Below, piece after piece: positions 57,523 through 64,000 of a stretch of DNA of 64,000 bases. The stretch's first letter is position 1. Every line of letters begins with the position of its first letter. Origin of the DNA: Psammoneis japonica (lineage: Eukaryota). The stretch is from contig QPGO01000004.1 in assembly GCA_008632985.1 (NCBI GenBank), forward strand, positions 496,001 to 560,000, in the 5' to 3' direction. The notes below the pieces were generated by a model. That model saw nothing but the letters and a program-made list of their open reading frames with translations. It searched no databases and had not been told where the DNA came from. Position numbers and translations under genes: made by a program.

Positions 57523-58269
57523 GGTCGATGCTCTCGAGGGAGATTGAAAATGACTGCGACTGCAGATCTTTCAAGAGTACGGAATGTATGTACTAGGAAC
57601 CCTGTAAGTAGAGATGTACTAGCTCTGACGTAGAAATGCCGCTAGTACCGATCGGAATTGGGTGCTGGACTTTTTGTGAACTCCGAACTTCTACCGGTAT
57701 CTAGCTATGACATTCTATCTTATCTTTACTTGTCTTTCTCTGTAATAGCTACAATACTCTCTCTAGCTAGACTCTGGAGAGTCACAGTAATGTTTCAATA
57801 ATACATTCTCTGGAGGGACAGTGATTGCTGTCGTCGGACGTGGTTCTAGGCTTCACGAGATGTTTCGTTGGGGAGCCTGTTTCTGGCTGATCCACCGTTT
57901 CTCGGGATCCAATTCCTGAAGCACGGAAGCCACAATAAATCAAAATAGCGTTAAGCTTTGATCAGAAATGAACGAACATTGGCATTTAGGATTCGTTTTC
58001 GTTGATCTATCTCCTTTCGCGTAGCGTCTTTTTCTGTTCCTTTTGCCAATCATCTGTTGTGTAGTCTGCGCATCTTTCGTCTAGACTGTGTTTCAACTGA
58101 CGATCAGAGTTTCGGGTCAATCAGATGGTCAAGCAACTACACACGGAAGTCCTGTAACTTGGTTTACAATTTACATGCTGTGAAACAAGTTTATGTTTGT
58201 TTAAAGAGAGTGCGGGGCTGGCCGCACCGTCAGCAGTATGCTGCTGCGAGCCAAGTGAGAGCCGTATCA

Positions 58270-58866
58270 TTAGAATAGTCCAAACATTTTCTTTGCACCA
58301 GCGGCACCTCCCTTCTTTTGCTTCACAAGAGAATCGAATTCTCCAGACTCGACGAGACTGGCAAGTTCGGAGCACCCTCCAATGCACTCGCCGCCGACAA
58401 AAATCTTTGGAAGCGACGTGGCTCCGCCTTCGGTCAACTTGGATAGTTCGACACGAGCAACGCTCTTTTCAGGTCCCAACAAGAACCATTCCGGACCAAG
58501 CGTGATTTGCTCAAAGTCGTAACCGGACTCTTCCAAGAGACGCACGGCTTCGCCCGAAAAGGGAGACAGACTATAGGTGTAAATGACAATCTTGTTTTTC
58601 GACACCGTATCTTGAATGTCAGCAACAATCTTTGAGTCGTCGACATTGAAACCAAGGACCGAAGCTTGTAGCTTGGCTTCAGCAGCAAAAACGGGCTTGA
58701 GTAGACTCATTCCCTGTGCCATGACCTTGATGGCTGGGTTGGGCTGAACATCTTGTGGGACTGTCGATGACGACAGGGCCAAAGATGGGCGAGAAGTTTC
58801 TTGGAGAGGCGCAAAGGCGGAAGCAGCGCTCAAAAAGGCAAGGACGGCTGCGACAGAAGTTTTCAT
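58270..58866 (-). CDS. Plastid-targeted glutaredoxin-like protein with SPFS at the active-site position
   Basis: MKTSVAAVLAFLSAASA-FAP; IVIYTYSLSPFS; TSLPKIFVGGECIGGCSEL. Confidence 0.85.
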   Translation of the reverse strand: MKTSVAAVLAFLSAASAFAPLQETSRPSLALSSSTVPQDVQPNPAIKVMAQGMSLLKPVFAAEAKLQASVLGFNVDDSKIVADIQDTVSKNKIVIYTYSLSPFSGEAVRLLEESGYDFEQITLGPEWFLLGPEKSVARVELSKLTEGGATSLPKIFVGGECIGGCSELASLVESGEFDSLVKQKKGGAAGAKKMFGLF

Positions 58867-59522
58867 GTTGATATAGTCGTTGTCGTCGAGTGCCGAATTG
58901 TGTTTTCTCTGAGATTCGTGCTCATAGTATGCTGACAACGTCTCTTCGTTCGAATGCGTGTGTGAAACAGTTGGGTGACTCAGAAAAAAGTGAGCGGGTG
59001 GCGTTTTGGTTCAGTACAGAAGTGTCGTAGAAATCTACGACAATTTTGAATTTTGGATGACTGACGGATGCCGACGAGGACTGGTGAATGAATGAATGAA
59101 CGAACGAACGAATAAAACAGCATACCGTAGCATTGGTAGACTCACTCTACTCCAGAGTAGCAAGAGAGCTTAGTCTACAGTAACTCATTCTACTCAGAGA
59201 GGGCGGGCACCGTGTTTCAGCGAGTCTGCCAGGAAGGCTGCTTCTCTCATCTGTCACTCATTTATCTGAATTGTTTGAAAAGATGGAATGGACATCGAGC
59301 AGAGCGATACGCGTTTTGTTCATTCCTCCTGAGATTACCGGTACCCATGCCAGGCTCAATTGAAGTCTCACAAACTAGAAAAGAGGCAGAATCACCATGA
59401 TGTCGGAATAGCGGGGAAATTACATAAAATGAATTACTGCAGTCTCTATCGTCCTACGATAAAGTAAACGCAGCAATCTCGCGAAACACTAGAGTGCCTC
59501 ATGCACGGTCGCAATCTTTAAT

Positions 59523-60266
59523 TTATTGCGCAAACGCAATAAGATCTTCAAAAGCCTTTGTCAACTTGTCAAGCTTTCCAACAATAATATCCAAACGACG
59601 TTCGCTCCTTGGTACACCCTCAGGCTGCTTGGATGCTGTTTCAACCTCGGTAATATCTTGCATAATGAGACGAATGACACGGTCGGTACCACGCTGCGTG
59701 TCTTCATCAAAAGCAGTATTGAGCGTTTCAAGGTCTCCTCGCAATTTGCTAAAGTCGAATTCTTTACGGACAAAGGGACCAATGTCGGCTTGGGAATTGC
59801 TCTTGAGTGCGTCTTGGATCTTCTTGACAGTTTCAAGATAACCCTTGACACTGGAAAGAGCTTTCTGCACAGCGTCTGTAGCGAGAATTTCCTTGTCAAC
59901 AGAAGCCTCTGTCGGGTCCAAAACATTGGGCGAGCCCGCGCCAAAGCCACCGTACTTTGCGGCATTAGCAGCGCCAGGAGACGACACCAACGCAGCTGCT
60001 CCCACGAGCCCACCCAATTGGCTGAAAAACTCGGAACGAGTTGACTCTTTCATGGCAAGAGACGTTGCTGCATGAAGAAGAATGACAGATATACGTTAGT
60101 AATGGATAGATCAAACGACTTCAAGTATGAGACACTTTGCCTCGCGAAACTACTGGCACGACAACGTGTCGAGAAAGATCTCACATTTTTGAGCGCCAAA
60201 GGGAGCGGGCGCAAAGGCCGCAGCAGGGGCAACGAAAAGAGCAATCGAAATAGCAGAAATCTTCAT
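59523..60266 (-). CDS. Putative thylakoid-lumen helical-bundle protein (PsbQ-like, tentative); 2 exons
   Basis: MKISAISIALFVAPAAA-FAP presequence; lumen signal STRSEFF...hydrophobic...ANA-AKY; helical mature domain. Confidence 0.65.
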
Positions 60267-60694
60267 GATGTGCAATGTAAAGCTAGGAGGGTATAAAAGG
60301 GAGTTGAATGTAGAAAATAACAACTACAACGCAACCATCAACTGCAGCAGCAGGGTTGTCGTGTTGTTGTCAATCTGACTTGGATACCGCCACAGATTTG
60401 CCCGCGACACGTACGTGTCACCCATCACTACGTAGGGATGTACTGGAGGTCTCGTATGTAGAAACTGCGTACGTGGTCACGTGTCTGAGTGTGTTGTCTG
60501 TGCAGGTTGTTTGTCTGTGTCAAAAGCATGGTTCGGACTCAGAACCTCAAGCTGACGCAACCGCACAACGAAAAATTGAAATCGAGAAAGATTTCCCGCC
60601 AGCTGTTTTTTCGCGAGGCTTCTCCCAAACTCTTTGTTTTGGTGTTGAAACGTACTATTGTCTCCCAAAAGCCTTTGGCATTTTGATTTTCAAA

Positions 60695-62704
60695 ATGTTT
60701 GGAGGAGCAGGTCGACGCAAAAAAGATGAGACTCTGTCATCCGTAATGACGCCTGAAAATCCACCGTCGAGGGGCGGCGGCGGTGGCAGTGTGACGGGTT
60801 TTGATCCCGAGGGCTTGGAACGTGCCGCCAAGGCTGCAAGAGACTTGGACAATAGTCGAAACGCTAATGCTGCTATTGATTTGATTAAAACTCAAGAGGC
60901 CACAAAACAGGTGTGCCGATTATTTGTTTGATTGTTTGAAAGTGCGGTCGTTTGCGTTTTTATATGCCTGCTCACTCTCACATTTTCCTTTTTCAAAAAA
61001 AAATATGTAGCATGAAGCTGCTGCTAAGCGTGCAGAGATGGATGCCTATTCACAGCAAATGAGAGCGCAAAACATTGAAAAGGAGGCAGAGGAAGCAAGA
61101 AAGACACTTGATGCGCAAACGCAGCACGAAAGACACCGTGCAGAATATCAAGATGAGCTCGAACGGAAACGACAGGTGGATATGCTTCAGGCTCAAAAGT
61201 ACATGCAAGAGTACGTTTTAATGTGCTTCAATTCTCTGGAAGATTTCAAAACAAATCGATTAACAATTGTTGTCGACCTTTCTTAATCTTATCTTACAGA
61301 GAACAGTTGAAAAAGCAGGAAGAAATGGTTGCACGACAAGAGGCAATGCGTAGAAAGACCGCTGAGCACGAGGCTCAGTTGCGTACACAGACCGAGTTGG
61401 CAAAAGCCAAGGCAGAAGCCGATGGTCGGATCCGTCAAGAACGCGAGAATCACGACTTGATCTTGGAAAAGGTGAGGTTAGAAGCGGTTGAAAAGCGGGA
61501 CACTGTCCTCAAGGCGATCGAGGATGGTGGCAAGATACTTGGAGAGGGATTGTCGAGTTATCTGGATGATACAGAAAAGCTTCGTAACACGGCGTTGGCT
61601 GTAACGGGTATCGCTGCTGGAATCTACTTGTCAAAAACGGCTATTGGTATCGGAGGACGTTTTGTAGAGGCGCGATTGGGGAAACCTAGTTTGGTTCGAG
61701 AAACATCTCGAATGACTGCGTCGCAATTGATGAAGCACCCGCTTGCTTCTTCCAAAAGACTTTTGGGTATAGGTGTTAAGGAACACGATGCTCTCGAGGG
61801 CATTGTGTTGGAGCCGGGACTTGATACTCAGTTGCGACAGATTGCCACGTCGACTGCAAACACCAAAAAGAACCGTGCTCCCTTTCGCCACTTGTTGCTG
61901 CACGGGCCGCCGGGGACCGGTAAAACCATGTTTGCGAAGGGGCTAGCACAGCACTCTGGATTGGAATACGCCATTTTGACGGGAGGAGACATTGCCCCTC
62001 TCGGTAGAGATGCAGTAACAGAGTTGCACAAACTCTTTGAGTGGGCCAAAACAAGTCGCCGTGGATTACTTCTCTTTTTGGATGAAGCCGATGCGTTCCT
62101 ACAAAGTCGTGAAACGACAAAGATCTCGGAAGATCAACGGAATGCACTGAATGCCTTTTTATATCGCACTGGGTACGTAGTCTTTTTTCGTTTTTGTTTG
62201 TGCGCCCTTTTTCTGGTCTAGATATTGGTATCTGACAGAATGTTGTGTTGTCACGCCTCTTGACGTAGGACTGAGAGTGACCAGTTCATGATGGTATATG
62301 CGAGTAACCAACCTTCTCAGTTTGATGAGGCCATTATGGATCGTATTGATGAAATGGTTGAATTCGGGTTACCAGATACAGAGGAACGTCGAAAGATGAT
62401 TGCCATGTACATTGAAAAGTACTTGCTTAACCCTCCTGGACGATGGGCCAAAACCGTGGAGACGGTTGATATCGGCGATGCCGAAATTGACCAGGTGGTT
62501 GGCATGACTGAGGGATTCTCTGGACGTGCAATTTCCAAGTTGGCAATTGCTTGGCAAGCAGCAGCCTATGGAACTGAAGGTGCTGTGCTGGATAGAGACA
62601 CCTTTTTCAAAACCGTAGAGCTTCACAAGAAGAGCATGCAACAAAAGGATGAGTGGTTGGACCATGCTCAGAAACGGGCTGAGATGCTTACAACGGACGC
62701 GTAA
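60695..62704 (+). CDS. ATAD3: Mitochondrial AAA ATPase ATAD3 (4 exons)
   Basis: FDPEGLERAAKAA, LGKPSLVRETSR, GPPGTGKT, LLFLDEADAFL, RNALNAFLYRTG, DRIDEMVEF, GFSGRAISKL. Confidence 0.95.
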
Positions 62705-62831
62705 AGTACGAGCTTTCGCTCTCTTGAGGAGAAAGGCAAATAGCAGTGACAACTTATCTTAAAGGGTGGACTATTTGCAACTGTCCTTTCTGATAGCATT
62801 TTATGTGTCCGACTTGCATTCAGATCATTTC

Positions 62832-64000
62832 TCACTGGATCGCATCAGAATCTTCGACCTTACAGAGGCCTTCCCCATATGGAGAGCTCCTGACACCCAA
62901 CGGACACACGTTTTCGTCTTCGTCGCCCCACGACGACCACAGCTTTCCAATTCGATCTCGCACTTCTGCTCCGCCATCACTGCAAATGTATAGACACGCC
63001 AATGCGTCGTAGCCTCCAGCTCCAGGAACAATGGCGGCTACGACGCCAGGTAATTCCATAGTGGCGTTAGCTAGGGCTGTCTGCTCGTCGGGCTCCACCG
63101 GCACACCCGCAGCGTCACCCATGGCTTTCAGATTGGTTCTTGCCTCTCCAAAGGCTTGGCGTAGTTCCAGAAGCAACTGAATCACGTCTTTAGACTCGTC
63201 AGTCTCAGCTGTCGTCCACTGATCCGCAGTAATTTGAGACAAAGCTGAAGCATGTTTTTCCAAGGTTTCCGAAGAGGACGAAAGTCGATCAAACAGCGCA
63301 ACGATGCGTTCATTGACTTGCGCCAAGTTCTCCCAATATGGCTCACTAGAGGCACCATCTGTCCCACGACTTTGTTTCCAATTCAAGACCTTTCGAGCCA
63401 TTGAAGGGCTTTCACTCCCGCCACACACGTCAGCCAACAGTAACTCTAAGCCTGCCGGTAGTTTCAACGGTGCTTGAACACCTCCGCTCCATGACTCGTG
63501 TGTCAGTCGATGTAGCATCTGAGATGTCATACGTGAGACAGAACGAGGATCCTTATCCAAACTATTCAGCAACTCTGGTAAAATGCATTTGGGAAAGCGC
63601 CGATAGACATGAGACCCAAAGACGGCCGAGCTGACATCAAAGCCACTCCCCACCTTGCCCTGTGCGTGACAGTGACAAATCTGCGCCAAATTATGAGCGA
63701 CCAAAAGGGAATCACCAGAAGAAGCAACAGGACCCGTTGACGAGGGCAATTGTGTAGCACCAAAGGCTTCTAGGAGTGCACCAACCAAGCTCGTCACCAA
63801 TGCCGCACTGCTCCCTAAGCCTGTCTTATTCACTACAGGCTTTCCATCGACTAGGGGACACGGTAAACATTTTGGTAGCTTGCTTACGTTCTCCGGCGTT
63901 GCCTCCCATTCCCGTTCCTTCAAGTGGGGTAATACACTGTAAAAGTCGTTATCCGCACGAATCACTACTTCAAGACGGGAGGGAAACTCCTTCACACCAA
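62832..64000 (-). CDS. Phosphomevalonate kinase (ERG8-type GHMP kinase); 5' end lies outside the window
   Basis: ADNDFYS, KTGLGSSAALVTSLV, HNLAQICHCHAQGKVGSGFDVSSAVFGS, VPGAGGYDA. Confidence 0.92.
   Translation of the reverse strand, partial: GVKEFPSRLEVVIRADNDFYSVLPHLKEREWEATPENVSKLPKCLPCPLVDGKPVVNKTGLGSSAALVTSLVGALLEAFGATQLPSSTGPVASSGDSLLVAHNLAQICHCHAQGKVGSGFDVSSAVFGSHVYRRFPKCILPELLNSLDKDPRSVSRMTSQMLHRLTHESWSGGVQAPLKLPAGLELLLADVCGGSESPSMARKVLNWKQSRGTDGASSEPYWENLAQVNERIVALFDRLSSSSETLEKHASALSQITADQWTTAETDESKDVIQLLLELRQAFGEARTNLKAMGDAAGVPVEPDEQTALANATMELPGVVAAIVPGAGGYDALACLYICSDGGAEVRDRIGKLWSSWGDEDENVCPLGVRSSPYGEGLCKVEDSDAIQ

Overview
Gene-dense eukaryotic DNA, almost certainly from a diatom. 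This is inferred from bipartite signal-peptide + ASAFAP-type plastid presequences, short ~80-100 bp GT-AG introns and CoDi-type Copia elements. About 24 protein-coding genes are present, including VPS36, a TMTC-like gene, a CLC channel, RPS30, ATE1, COPE, ATAD3, phosphomevalonate kinase, and a head-to-head pair of mucin-like type I membrane paralogues. Repeats comprise two internally deleted Copia copies, each with a 5-bp target-site duplication (TSD), inserted in an older repeat (24.6-35.9 kb), plus two non-autonomous terminal-inverted-repeat (TIR) elements. Three observations stand out. (1) The repeat blocks show systematic, strand-symmetric TpA->TpG/CpA (A:T->G:C) hypermutation on top of CpG decay. 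This is the reverse of fungal RIP and is visible by comparing sister copies inside the window. (2) A plastid-targeted STN7/STN8-like kinase, a PDZ-like domain and a PP2C phosphatase are encoded in one spliced ORF. (3) A Roco-type ROC-COR protein ends in a trypsin-like serine protease instead of a kinase. All calls come from reading motifs by eye; no database searches were run.
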